The notes under the pieces: model-generated
Told to the model about the DNA's origin: nothing
The model's input: the letters and a program-made list of their open reading frames with translations, nothing else
The model's database searches: none
Translations under genes and position numbers: made by a program
NCBI GenBank assembly: GCA_965202785.1
Contig: OZ241855.1
Span: 1,504,001-1,568,000 of the forward strand
DNA from: Thermodesulfobacteriota bacterium
GTDB taxonomy: Bacteria; Desulfobacterota_D; UBA1144; Nemesobacterales; Nemesobacteraceae
Reading direction: 5' to 3'
DNA length: 64,000 nt
Shown here: one piece after another, positions 33,901-42,419 of the stretch
Position numbering within the stretch: the first letter of the stretch is position 1
Layout: each line of letters begins with the position of its first letter

Positions 33901-34186
33901 GCGGCAGTACATCAGCTTTGTTGACCCACATGGAATGCTCCATTCCAGCATGGAAGATCCCAAACTAAATTTTTACCGAAAGATTAAAGAAATAGAAAAG
34001 GATCTCCGCCAGTATGATGATCATATAACACTTAATTCTTTTATTATTTCCACTACTCCCTATAACTCATCTTGGTGGGGATCAGATTACGACATCAAGG
34101 AATTTCATGATCGCAACGGCTTTTTTCAGGAAGAAGACCGTGATAACTATGTAAGAGAAGTCATCGATAGATCATTGAGACAATGA
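30995..34186 (+). CDS. res: Type III R-M-like restriction subunit (SF2 helicase plus PD-(D/E)XK nuclease)
   Basis: QATGSGKT, LVDEGHRG, EYSAT, EGWN, QLFGRGVRL, C-terminal FYPDFILW...FVDPHG. Confidence 0.85.
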   Translation: MVRKGKGSLEFQQKLILNQWLLNLFRVDSLEKIAKHLKDEDLEGYDGENVSRFCREIINRLLENSGIRPEDLLIFDENIFHHTERLNRARRGVERIRWKYFQYLALLFTEIYLDHYFRDSTELQEDLNEYVNAFNDRNEPADHIEPFEQDDLNRIAFFQATGSGKTLLMHINIMQYRHYLKRVNREHELNRIILLTINEGLSKQHLEEFEASGMQAVLFEKEHGQSLFAGWQIEIIDIHKLADKMGDKTVAVEAFEGKNLVLVDEGHRGSSGEEWMKRRNQLSKDGFAFEYSATFEQAVAASRDKKLEQQYAKSILFNYSYRYFYHDGFGKDYRILNLDDSKDVDGANRTRYLTACVLTFYQQMRFFDDNQHIVRRFNLHKPLLVLVGGWVARSRVTKGLNSKEASDVIEFLLFLGKFLKNEQESIQEIKAILRGTHGLSWEDRDIFSGAFTYLEHLDENPAEIFADIKRRVFNSNQGFLMIEHLKGSDGEIALSLGEDHPFGVINVGNSKKLADLCREKNDDVLEVRDREFVDSYFTTINERNSSINILIGSKKFTEGWNSWRVSTMGLMNVGKSEGSQIIQLFGRGVRLKGLDFSLKRSGEMPNIHPPRYMKKLETLNIFGVRAGYMKQFSEFLEREGLPKDSDFKDIALPVICHYDSQKKLRAIRLKDGLDYKKHAPRPVLAFEREYFRRYKVIVDWYPKIQASISPDAELPVEMVKYKRNWFSKDHLAFVDINQIFFDLESHKNRHGWHTLNLPREFIRDLLLDHSWYEIKIPGERMKFSSNMAEDILRWQEIASVLLKKYLERFYKLKRSRWEQKHLEYWFLDRQSRNLLWDEDSGQHQYIVSVDAKREDLIERVTELKKAITDGNPSSFESENFKIFTDSRHLYEPLIYIGEKVDYIKVKPVALNEGEKHFVESLRQYAQQHENFFRDKEMYLLRNQSRGIGFGFFNEGGFYPDFILWILWKERQYISFVDPHGMLHSSMEDPKLNFYRKIKEIEKDLRQYDDHITLNSFIISTTPYNSSWWGSDYDIKEFHDRNGFFQEEDRDNYVREVIDRSLRQ

Positions 34187-34242
34187 GTAAGGGTGAATTA
34201 GATTTTGGAACTATCGCTATTTTATCAGATTTTATACAGTAA

Positions 34243-34605
34243 TTACCCAAGGGATCTTTCAAATATGACTTCTATTATCTTGTCATGAAGTCCCAGTGGT
34301 TCTGTGACCCTGTAGCTTACTTGCGGAAAATCTCGCGCTGCCTCCGCCACCATCCTGGGTATATCGGATTTTGAGTGTCTTCCCGGTACGAGAAAGTACG
34401 GGTGGACAGTTATGTCGCTTGCGCCGGCCGCGGCGCATTTACGAAAAGCATCCTTTATTGACGGCTCGCAGAGTTCCATGTGGCAGTGCTCAACTATATC
34501 AAACGGCGAGTCCCGGTAAGCTCTTACCCTGTCGGCTACTTCCTCAAGGAGAGCGTTTGCCTCTTTTACTGTGCTTCCGTGATCAACCAGAATGAGAGCC
34601 TTCAT
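34243..34605 (-). CDS. cbiX: Short sirohydrochlorin chelatase (CbiX/SirB family)
   Basis: DHGS, MELCEPSI, PYFLVPGRH..DIP, EPLGLH. Confidence 0.85.
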   Translation of the reverse strand: MKALILVDHGSTVKEANALLEEVADRVRAYRDSPFDIVEHCHMELCEPSIKDAFRKCAAAGASDITVHPYFLVPGRHSKSDIPRMVAEAARDFPQVSYRVTEPLGLHDKIIEVIFERSLG

Positions 34606-34608
34606 CGC

Positions 34609-35757
34609 TCAGTCTCTGTCCGAGTGAAGCTTTATAGTTTCAAGAACTATCTCCGCCGACCTGTGGAATTCATCGAGCAGCAGATATTCGTTTACCGTGT
34701 GAAGTTCGTACATTCCCGTTCCAAGATTTACGCACTCGATTCCCTTTTCGTTTATGAAGTTTGCGTCGCACCCTCCGCCGCTTGTGTGAAGTTCTATGTC
34801 GTGGTCAAGGCTCGCAGCGGCTCTAAGTACAAGATCAGTCACGGTTGCCTGCGCGGAGACGTTCATTACGGGATACACGCGCTCTGTCTCGATCTCTGCG
34901 CGTGCGCCGAGTCGTTCCCCGTCTAGGAAGAGTTCCCTGTTTTTTGCCGCTTCCAGGAAGCACTCCTGCATGTGCCGTATCTGTGCGTCGAGTTTCCCTT
35001 CATCATGGCTTCGAGCCTCGGCCTTCACCTCGACGAGACCGGGAACTATGTTTATTGCGGACCCTCCCTTTACCTTTCCTATGTTTGCCGTTGTCTCGTG
35101 ATCTATTCTTCCGAGTTTCATTCTCGAGATCGCATCACTTAATATTTCCAGGGCGCTTATCCCGTTTTCGGGACAAAGTCCGGAATGCGCTTCGACGCCG
35201 TGTATTTTTACATCCATGATGTCGGAGCACGGACACCTGAGGACGAGTCTATCCGGTGTACTGCTATCAAGAACTATTCCATGAGGACTTTTAAAGTTTG
35301 AAGTGTCAAGGAACTTCGCTCCGAGAAGGCCGATTTCCTCGCATATGGTAAACGCGACCTCCATATCCGGATGGGGAATGTTGTTTTCCTTGAGGGTCCT
35401 TAGCACCTCGACTATTATGGATACCCCGCTTTTATCGTCGCTTCCCAGTATCGTCGTACCGTCGCTTCTCATTACGCCGTCTTCCACTCTCGGTTTTATA
35501 CCCTCTCCCGGGCTTACGGTGTCCATGTGAGAGCAGAGGAAGAAGGGTGGAATATCTTTCTTTGTTCCGGGAAGCTTGACTATCAGGTTGCCAATGTTTC
35601 CCCCGACCTTGTCTCCTGCATCGTCGTAGAAACAGTCAGCCCCTAGATCTCTCATTTCTTCCTCGAGCTTCAGGGCGACGTCCTTTTCCTTTCTTGATGG
35701 ACTATCTATCCGTATGATGTCCATCAGGTGGCGGGTCATTCTTTCTTCTTGAATCAT
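34609..35757 (-). CDS. M20 family metallopeptidase (peptidase T-like)
   Basis: SHMDTV, GSDDKSG, EEIGLLG, GGGCDAN, ELHTVNE. Confidence 0.88.
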   Translation of the reverse strand: MIQEERMTRHLMDIIRIDSPSRKEKDVALKLEEEMRDLGADCFYDDAGDKVGGNIGNLIVKLPGTKKDIPPFFLCSHMDTVSPGEGIKPRVEDGVMRSDGTTILGSDDKSGVSIIVEVLRTLKENNIPHPDMEVAFTICEEIGLLGAKFLDTSNFKSPHGIVLDSSTPDRLVLRCPCSDIMDVKIHGVEAHSGLCPENGISALEILSDAISRMKLGRIDHETTANIGKVKGGSAINIVPGLVEVKAEARSHDEGKLDAQIRHMQECFLEAAKNRELFLDGERLGARAEIETERVYPVMNVSAQATVTDLVLRAAASLDHDIELHTSGGGCDANFINEKGIECVNLGTGMYELHTVNEYLLLDEFHRSAEIVLETIKLHSDRD

Positions 35758-35924
35758 GGGTGATTTTCTCTTCTTAGTTGGGTTAGACGGTTAAATCATA
35801 TTTGAAAAACCCCCATATTAAAAGATTCTTTTTGTTTTACTGAGTGTTGGTAGTGTAGAATTAATTCTCTATTGAATGTCTGTATTTCGGCCGTATTTCT
35901 AAACCTGGATTGAATGGTGAAAAA

Positions 35925-37394
35925 ATGGAGTTTTTTCTGATAAAGGATAGTGTCGCCGACGTCGAGTCGGATTCAGTTGTTTTTTTCTGTTACGAAGGGC
36001 AGAGGCTTCCAGCTGCCGCTAGAAAAATCGATAGTGAACTCGGGGGGTTCCTTTCAGACAAAGTGAAGTCCTCTGATTTTAAAGGCGCTTTCGGAAAGAC
36101 GGTTCTCGTTGATACCCCGGGCGATTTCAATACGAAAACAGTTGTCCTTCTCGGACTCGGGAAAAAAGAAAATTTCGGGGCTCTTGAAGCTTTTCGCGCC
36201 GCAAACATTACGGTCGCGAGAACCGGCCAGCATTCCCGCACCGTTTCCGTTGATTTTTCCAACGTGGACAGGGGGTTTCTTAAGGGCTTTCTCGAGGGCA
36301 TGGCTTGCGGCACCTATGAATACGGGAAGTTCAAGTCTTCGGGAAGAAGGAAAAACCGTATAGAGAAAGTGTGTATAGCGTCAAGGAGGATTTCGGCCAA
36401 TTATTTCAGCGGTGAGGCCGCGTATGCCAGTGCTGTTTCAAGTAGCGTAGCTTTTTCAAGGGATCTTGTTAACGATCCTCCGAATATCCTTACTCCCTCG
36501 ATTCTCGCAGAACATGCTCTTTCTATTTCCGAAGGATCAGAACACATCAGCTGCAAGATCCTTGATAGGGATGAGATAAGGCAAATGGGAATGGGAGGAC
36601 TCTCAGCGGTTTCTTTTGGAAGCAGTGAGCCCCCGAGGTTCATACACCTTTCCTACTCGCCTCCTGTAAAATCCCGCAAAAAAGTTGCTATCGTGGGCAA
36701 GGGCATAACTTTTGATTCTGGAGGACTGTGTCTTAAACCCGCAGACAGCATGAGAACGATGAAAATGGATATGGCGGGTGCGGCGGTCGTACTGGGTACC
36801 ATGAAAGCGCTCGGGGAACTGACCCCCAGCGTTAACGTTCACGGCATTGTCCCGGCCACCGAAAACATGACCGGTGCTTCTGCCTACAAGCCGGATGACG
36901 TAGTAACGGCCCTTAACGGAAAGACAATAGAGATTATAAACACCGACGCGGAGGGCAGGGTGGCGCTTTCTGATGCGCTCAGTTACGCAGTCCGGCTTGG
37001 AGTTTCCGAGATAGTGGATCTCGCAACCCTTACCGGCGCCTGTATAGTCGGGCTCGGACTTCACAACGCCGGGGTTATGGGTAATAACGCGAATCTCGTG
37101 AAGTCGATTTTAGGTTCCGCGGACGATGTCGGCGAGAAGATGTGGGAACTTCCTCTTGATACGGAGTTAAGAGAGGAAATAAGAAGCCGCGTGGCAGACG
37201 TTAAGAATGTAGGAAGCAGGTGGGGTGGGGCGATAACCGCGGCGCTTTTCCTTGAGAATTTCGTTTCAGAGGTTCCTTGGGTGCATATAGATATAGCTGG
37301 TCCCTCATACGTAGAGAAATCCTCGGAGTGGTATCAGTACGGGGCAAGTGGGTTCGGCGTGAGAACCATAGTCAACTACCTTATGAAAAGGTAG
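35925..37394 (+). CDS. pepA: Leucyl aminopeptidase (M17)
   Basis: VGKGITFDSGG, MKMDMAGAA, NTDAEGR, DLATLTGA, HIDIAG. Confidence 0.95.
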   Translation: MEFFLIKDSVADVESDSVVFFCYEGQRLPAAARKIDSELGGFLSDKVKSSDFKGAFGKTVLVDTPGDFNTKTVVLLGLGKKENFGALEAFRAANITVARTGQHSRTVSVDFSNVDRGFLKGFLEGMACGTYEYGKFKSSGRRKNRIEKVCIASRRISANYFSGEAAYASAVSSSVAFSRDLVNDPPNILTPSILAEHALSISEGSEHISCKILDRDEIRQMGMGGLSAVSFGSSEPPRFIHLSYSPPVKSRKKVAIVGKGITFDSGGLCLKPADSMRTMKMDMAGAAVVLGTMKALGELTPSVNVHGIVPATENMTGASAYKPDDVVTALNGKTIEIINTDAEGRVALSDALSYAVRLGVSEIVDLATLTGACIVGLGLHNAGVMGNNANLVKSILGSADDVGEKMWELPLDTELREEIRSRVADVKNVGSRWGGAITAALFLENFVSEVPWVHIDIAGPSYVEKSSEWYQYGASGFGVRTIVNYLMKR

Positions 37395-37432
37395 GTTCTT
37401 TGCCAATTACCGTTTTCCCGCGGGAAAACGGT

Positions 37433-38353
37433 TCAAGGGATGTAATCAAGCCAGTGCCTGAATTTCTCATCCTCTCCTTTTATTACGGCAAAATATCTTT
37501 TCTGGAGAGTTTTCGTTATTTCTCCAGGTTTTCCTGAACCTATTTTTTTGCCGTCAACTTCCTTGATAGGAGTCACTTCAGCGGCGGTACCGGTGAAGAA
37601 GGCCTCATCCGCGATGTAAAGCTCGTCTCTTGTGAACCGCTGTTCTTTAACAGGAATACCTTCGTCGTCGGCAATATCCAGAACGCACTTTCTGGTTATT
37701 CCTTCCAGTATGGAAGTTAGAGGAGGAGTCTTGAGAGTCCCGTTTCTTACGATGAAGATGTTTTCTCCGCTTCCTTCGGCTACGTAACCTTCTGAGTCGA
37801 GCAGTATCGCCTCATCAAAACCAAGGTCGGCAGCCTCCTGCCTGGCCATTACCGAATTTACGTAGTTTCCGCATATCTTAGCCTTGGTCATAAAGGAGTT
37901 AACATGCATTCTCGTGTAGGAGGATATCTTTACCCTGATTCCATTGGCAATCGCGTCATCTCCCAGATATGTTCCCCATGGCCATACGGCTATCGCCACG
38001 TTTATGGTGTTATCTCCGGGAAGTATCCCTTTTTGTCCAGCCCCGATAAAAGCTATGGGCCTGATGTAGGCTTCATCGAGTCCGTTTTCGCGCAGAAGGT
38101 CCATCACCGCATCGCAGAGGGTCTGCATGTCGTAGGGAATTTCTATGCCAGCCACGTGCGCTGAGGTATAAAGCCTTTCCATGTGTTCAGTGAGTTTTAG
38201 GATTGCCGATTTTCCGTTAGAGCATTTATAAGCTCTTATGCCTTCAAACGCACCCAGGCCGTAGTGCAGAGTGTGGGTAAGTACGTGCACGTTTGCCTCA
38301 TCCCAAGGCACTGTTTTTCCGTTAAACCATATTTTGGATTGGTCGGCTGACAT
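37433..38353 (-). CDS. ilvE: Branched-chain amino acid aminotransferase
   Basis: THTLHYGLGAFEGIRAY, AKICGNYVNS, EGSGENIF, TGTAAEVTPI. Confidence 0.96.
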   Translation of the reverse strand: MSADQSKIWFNGKTVPWDEANVHVLTHTLHYGLGAFEGIRAYKCSNGKSAILKLTEHMERLYTSAHVAGIEIPYDMQTLCDAVMDLLRENGLDEAYIRPIAFIGAGQKGILPGDNTINVAIAVWPWGTYLGDDAIANGIRVKISSYTRMHVNSFMTKAKICGNYVNSVMARQEAADLGFDEAILLDSEGYVAEGSGENIFIVRNGTLKTPPLTSILEGITRKCVLDIADDEGIPVKEQRFTRDELYIADEAFFTGTAAEVTPIKEVDGKKIGSGKPGEITKTLQKRYFAVIKGEDEKFRHWLDYIP

Positions 38354-38492
38354 AAGTTATTACCACGGCTCGGGGAAAAAACTTTGCAAACAGTATTATT
38401 ATTCCCCTTTTCGTTGTCAAGCTCGATTGGAGATTAGATGGTGATTGCGGAAGGGATGGGAATTTTCGATGATTCTTGCCTGGGTGTTTCCC

Positions 38493-38873
38493 CTACTGCT
38501 GTTTTGTATGTTCCTTGATTATTGCCCCCATTTCCCGTGAAAACTTCGACCTCGGAATAACAAGATCAACTCCCTTTTCCTTGAATTTGTCGGCAAGCTC
38601 CCGTTCCACATGTGGCAGATATCCTATGCAAAAGATTTCTTTGTGTTCTGGAGAGTTTCTAAGTTCGGTGAAGACTTCTTCAGCAACTATTTTCCTTGAG
38701 GCGAGGTCAATAATCACAAGATCAATGGTTTTTGCTTCGATTTTGTCTTGAAGCTCTTCGCGGTTTTTTACCTTCACTATATCGATATGAAGATCTTTGG
38801 CCGTGCTCTCAATCTTTGACGAGAAAAACATGTCGTCAGCGACTACGCAGATTGTTTTTCGCAAGATTCCCAT
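38493..38873 (-). CDS. Stand-alone atypical receiver (CheY-like) domain protein
   Basis: VVADD, LVIIDL (phospho-Asp position), GYLPHV, GVDLVIPRSKF; start set at ATG 38873. Confidence 0.6.
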   Translation of the reverse strand: MGILRKTICVVADDMFFSSKIESTAKDLHIDIVKVKNREELQDKIEAKTIDLVIIDLASRKIVAEEVFTELRNSPEHKEIFCIGYLPHVERELADKFKEKGVDLVIPRSKFSREMGAIIKEHTKQQ

Positions 38874-38919
38874 TGCGTTAAATAAAGATTGGCGGATTCC
38901 AATCCGGCTTCGTGGCAAA

Positions 38920-38967
38920 TCATCTATGGCAGTGATTGTCTTTGCCCGTAAGTTCCACTTCCCACAT
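38920..38967 (-). pseudogene. Stub of RelE/ParE-like toxin gene (MWEVELTGKDNHCHR*)
   Basis: ATG 4 nt after the antitoxin stop; first 9 residues resemble RelE-family N-termini, then an early stop. Confidence 0.5.
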
Positions 38968-38971
38968 AAGG

Positions 38972-39259
38972 CTAGAGGCTGTGTTTCTTCTTTATTTCGG
39001 AAAAAGGAATCAACTTTTCTCCGGAAGCGATGAATTCCCTGTAAGACCTGTCGGCTTCTTCATAGTCTTCAATGTCTTCAAGCTTGCTCATCAAAAACAA
39101 CTCCAGGGACTTTTTTATGTAGTAGCTCTTTGACCTTTCCTCCGCTCTTGAAATCCTGCTGAGCATTTCACCGAGCTCCGCGGGAATCTGCGCCGATATG
39201 CTGACCGTATTGCGACGATTGGACTCAGTTTCCTTGGCCATATCAATTACCTCTTGCAA
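38972..39259 (-). CDS. Ribbon-helix-helix antitoxin (RelB-like)
   Basis: ISAQIP..L...RSKSYYIKKSLE, acidic LEDIEDYEEA, C-terminal IPFSEIKKKHSL; true start may be the second Met. Confidence 0.75.
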   Translation of the reverse strand: MQEVIDMAKETESNRRNTVSISAQIPAELGEMLSRISRAEERSKSYYIKKSLELFLMSKLEDIEDYEEADRSYREFIASGEKLIPFSEIKKKHSL

Positions 39260-39365
39260 CTGAATATAGTAAATTTTAACAGTTTTTGCAATCTCTTAAT
39301 AAAGCTGAACACGTCTGCCGTAATGTATATAATAAAGAAGCTAGAAAAACCGCAAGGAGAATAAA

Positions 39366-39800
39366 ATGAAAGCTACTTTGATTGCTTTTCTCGTGGCTAT
39401 GATATTCGGGATTAACCCGATTTTTGAAAAACTGAGTCTGAAAGATGCTTCTCCGCTTTCGGTAATCACGATAAGGTTTATTTTCACTTCGTTGTGTCTC
39501 GTGTGTTTAGTGCTGGCGACGGGCAAATTCGCTCAGGTCATTGATGTCGACGGTCGGACGCTTTTCTGGATACTTCTATCGGGTCTGATCGGGGGGTTGA
39601 TCGGTCTTTTCCTCTATTTCACGGCTCTTCAGATGGCCGATACATCAAAAATTGTCGCTATAGTGGCCACTTTCCCCATGTTTACGGCCATCTATGCTTA
39701 TCTTTTTCTGGGAGAAAGCCCGGGACCAATGAGGATTACGGGAATCGCCTTTATCGTTATCGGTTCAATATTGATTGAGTGGAATTTACTTGCAGACTGA
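39366..39800 (+). CDS. EamA/DMT family transporter (single domain)
   Basis: About 5 hydrophobic segments, LYFTALQ, YLFLGE...GIAFIVIG; AGGAG RBS. Confidence 0.85.
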   Translation: MKATLIAFLVAMIFGINPIFEKLSLKDASPLSVITIRFIFTSLCLVCLVLATGKFAQVIDVDGRTLFWILLSGLIGGLIGLFLYFTALQMADTSKIVAIVATFPMFTAIYAYLFLGESPGPMRITGIAFIVIGSILIEWNLLAD

Positions 39801-39805
39801 GGTGT

Positions 39806-40123
39806 CTAGGCATCCAGGGATTCCAGATAATCGCGGAATTCCTCAGCCATGTCCGGATGTCCGTGTCTTGATGCCGCCTGGATACCTTTTTCATAGGCAT
39901 CTTTTGCACTGCCCTCCATTCCAAGTTCAGTGTAGCAATGACCGAGTATCCTGTAAGCGGCTCCCTCGTCGTCTTTAAGTTTGAGGTAGGCGTTAATCGT
40001 CTCTATGGTTTCCTCGTAACGGTTAAGCTTGAAATATTCATTTGCAAGACTGTAGTGAACAAGGGGGTTTGCAGGGTTTTTCTCAAGTAACTTCTTAAAC
40101 CTCTGAATTCTTTCTTCTGACAT
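39806..40123 (-). CDS. Small TPR protein
   Basis: NPANPLVHYSLANEY, AAYRILGHCY...A..AYEKG. Confidence 0.8.
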   Translation of the reverse strand: MSEERIQRFKKLLEKNPANPLVHYSLANEYFKLNRYEETIETINAYLKLKDDEGAAYRILGHCYTELGMEGSAKDAYEKGIQAASRHGHPDMAEEFRDYLESLDA

Positions 40124-40155
40124 TTTCTAACTGCTGACCCTGATTCTGAGAATCC

Positions 40156-40833
40156 CTAGTTTATCTCTTTTTCATTTCTCAGGGTGAAATCCTCGAAACC
40201 GAAGACACCCATGAAGTTTTTTATTACGGACCGCACAACATCGTCCATTTTAATACCCTCTTCGTTTCCAAGCCAGCTTCCTATAGACGTTATTCTCACG
40301 TCCGTTATTCCGCAGGAAAGTATCAGCTCGAAATAATCGAGATTCGTGCTGACATTAAGCGCAAATCCATGGTAGGTCACCCATTTTCTGATGGCTATCC
40401 CTATAGAGGCTATCTTGCTTCTTTTTACCCAGACCCCAGTGACTCCATCTATTCTTCTGCCCTCGATTTCAAAGTCGCCTAGCGTCCTGATTATTACTTC
40501 CTCAATGCTTCTCAGGTGCTTTCGAATGTCCATCTCGTGGTTTTTGAGATTCAGTATTGGATAGCCGACGATCTGTCCGGGACCATGAAACGTTATGTCT
40601 CCTCCCCTAGATGCGTGTACGAAGGAAACGCCGTGTTTTTCAAGATATTCCTTTCTTACAAGCAGGTTTCCCGTGTTTCCCTTTCTTCCGGTAGTGATAG
40701 TCGGCGGGTGTTCGAGCAGAATAAGGGAATCCGGTATTTCTTCTGCGATTCTTTTGGCGAGAAGACTTTCTTGGTACTCAAGCGCCTTCTCATAGGGAAC
40801 CGTCCCGAGTTCGTATATATCCAGGGTACTCAT
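40156..40833 (-). CDS. lipB: Lipoyl(octanoyl) transferase
   Basis: LLEHPP, RGGDITFHGPGQIVGYPI, KIASIG, HGFALNV, CGI. Confidence 0.96.
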   Translation of the reverse strand: MSTLDIYELGTVPYEKALEYQESLLAKRIAEEIPDSLILLEHPPTITTGRKGNTGNLLVRKEYLEKHGVSFVHASRGGDITFHGPGQIVGYPILNLKNHEMDIRKHLRSIEEVIIRTLGDFEIEGRRIDGVTGVWVKRSKIASIGIAIRKWVTYHGFALNVSTNLDYFELILSCGITDVRITSIGSWLGNEEGIKMDDVVRSVIKNFMGVFGFEDFTLRNEKEIN

Positions 40834-40860
40834 TGGGGTGGTGACAAGATGTTTCGTACC

Positions 40861-42291
40861 TCAGAAGTTCCTTACTCTTCCAAGCGCGTCAAGGGCTGCT
40901 TCCATTACGGCTTCAGAGAGAGTGGGGTGGGCGTGCTGGGTAGTGGCTATCTCATAAGGTGTCGTCTCTAGGGTTTTTGCCATTCCGATTTCCGCGATCA
41001 TCTCGGTCGCTCCATGGCCTATTATATGGCTTCCGAGAAGTTCCTTTGTCCTCGAGTCAAAAACCATTTTTACAAAGCCGTCCGTTTCCCCGGTCGCTAC
41101 TGCCTTTCCAACGGCCCTGAAAGGAAATTTCCCTATATCCACATCATATCCCTGGTCTCTTGCCTGTTTTTCCGTAAGGCCTATCATGGCAACTTCCGGC
41201 TGACAGTAAACGCAGCCCGGGATCGAGTCGTAATGTACTTTGGAGTTCATTCCCTTCATCCGCTCAACCGCGACGACTCCTTCCTCTGAAGCCTTGTGCG
41301 CGAGCATGGGACCTCCGATCACGTCCCCGATCGCGTAGATGTTGGAGCAGGTGGTCATGTAGTTCTCATCCGTTTTTATAAATCCTCTTTCATCAAGCTC
41401 AACGCCCACGTCTTCAAGACCCATGCTGTCGCCCGTGCCGTAGAAGGCAAAAGAGGTCGGCGCAGCGTTCGCGATGGCCCTTCTTCCAACCGACACAAGC
41501 ACCATGTCGGCCTTAAGGGTGGTCTGCTCCCCTGAAACCGTGCTCTCCACCGTTACGGTCGCAGAACCCGAGGTTTTCTTAAGGGATTTGTACACGGTTT
41601 CGTTTAGGATGGTCATTCCCTGCTTCCTGAATATCTTCTTTGCCTCTTTCGCTACTTCCTCGTCAGCTCCCGGCAGGATCTGTTTTTCCATTTCCACTAT
41701 GGTTACCTTGCTGCCGAAAGAGTTGTAGACATAGGCAAATTCCATTCCTATGTATCCTCCGCCTATTATCACGACGGAGCGGGGAACCTCGGGGTGCATT
41801 ATCGCTTCGTCGCTTGTCATTACAATTTTTCCGTCGATCTTGAGTCCGGGAAGTGTCCTGGGGACAGAGCCCGTGGCGAGAAGTATCCGTTCGCTTTCTA
41901 TATCCTGCGATTCCTTTCCGATAACGGAAATTCCGTGTTTTGAAGTGAGTCTGCCCGTGCCGCTTATAAGGGTTATCTTATTTTTCTTGAAAAGTCCCTC
42001 TACGCCCCTGTTCAGAGAAGTCGAAGCTTTTCTGCTTTTTTTTATTACTTCCGAGTAGTCAAAAGAAAGCCCCTTGTGGGTAATTCCGTAGCTCTCCGAG
42101 TCAAGAAAATGCGAGTACATCTCGGCGCACTTGAGGATTGCCTTTGAGGGTATGCATCCCCAGTTAAGGCATACTCCACCTGGTTTGTCCCGCTCGATAA
42201 CGGCAACTTTCATTCCCATCTGCGCGGCTCTTATTGCCGATATGTATCCTCCCGGGCCGGATCCTATAACTGTGAGGTCGAATTTTTCCAT
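40861..42291 (-). CDS. lpdA: Dihydrolipoamide dehydrogenase
   Basis: GSGPGG, GGVCLNWGCIPSK, GGGYIG, MLAHKA, HAHPTLSEA. Confidence 0.96.
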   Translation of the reverse strand: MEKFDLTVIGSGPGGYISAIRAAQMGMKVAVIERDKPGGVCLNWGCIPSKAILKCAEMYSHFLDSESYGITHKGLSFDYSEVIKKSRKASTSLNRGVEGLFKKNKITLISGTGRLTSKHGISVIGKESQDIESERILLATGSVPRTLPGLKIDGKIVMTSDEAIMHPEVPRSVVIIGGGYIGMEFAYVYNSFGSKVTIVEMEKQILPGADEEVAKEAKKIFRKQGMTILNETVYKSLKKTSGSATVTVESTVSGEQTTLKADMVLVSVGRRAIANAAPTSFAFYGTGDSMGLEDVGVELDERGFIKTDENYMTTCSNIYAIGDVIGGPMLAHKASEEGVVAVERMKGMNSKVHYDSIPGCVYCQPEVAMIGLTEKQARDQGYDVDIGKFPFRAVGKAVATGETDGFVKMVFDSRTKELLGSHIIGHGATEMIAEIGMAKTLETTPYEIATTQHAHPTLSEAVMEAALDALGRVRNF

Positions 42292-42300
42292 TTCGGGGTA

Positions 42301-42328
42301 ATTATATTTGTAATCAGCGCATCGTCAA
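42301..42328 (-). promoter_or_regulatory. Sigma70-type promoter of lpdA-lipB
   Basis: Minus strand TTGACG, 16 nt spacer, TATAAT ending ~10 nt before the lpdA ATG. Confidence 0.55.
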
Positions 42329-42419
42329 AGGGGGTTTTAACTTTAAAAAATATTGACGATGGCGTGTATTATATCTTTCGCATGGGATTTTATGCTGGGC
42401 GTCAAGGAGACCAAGATAG

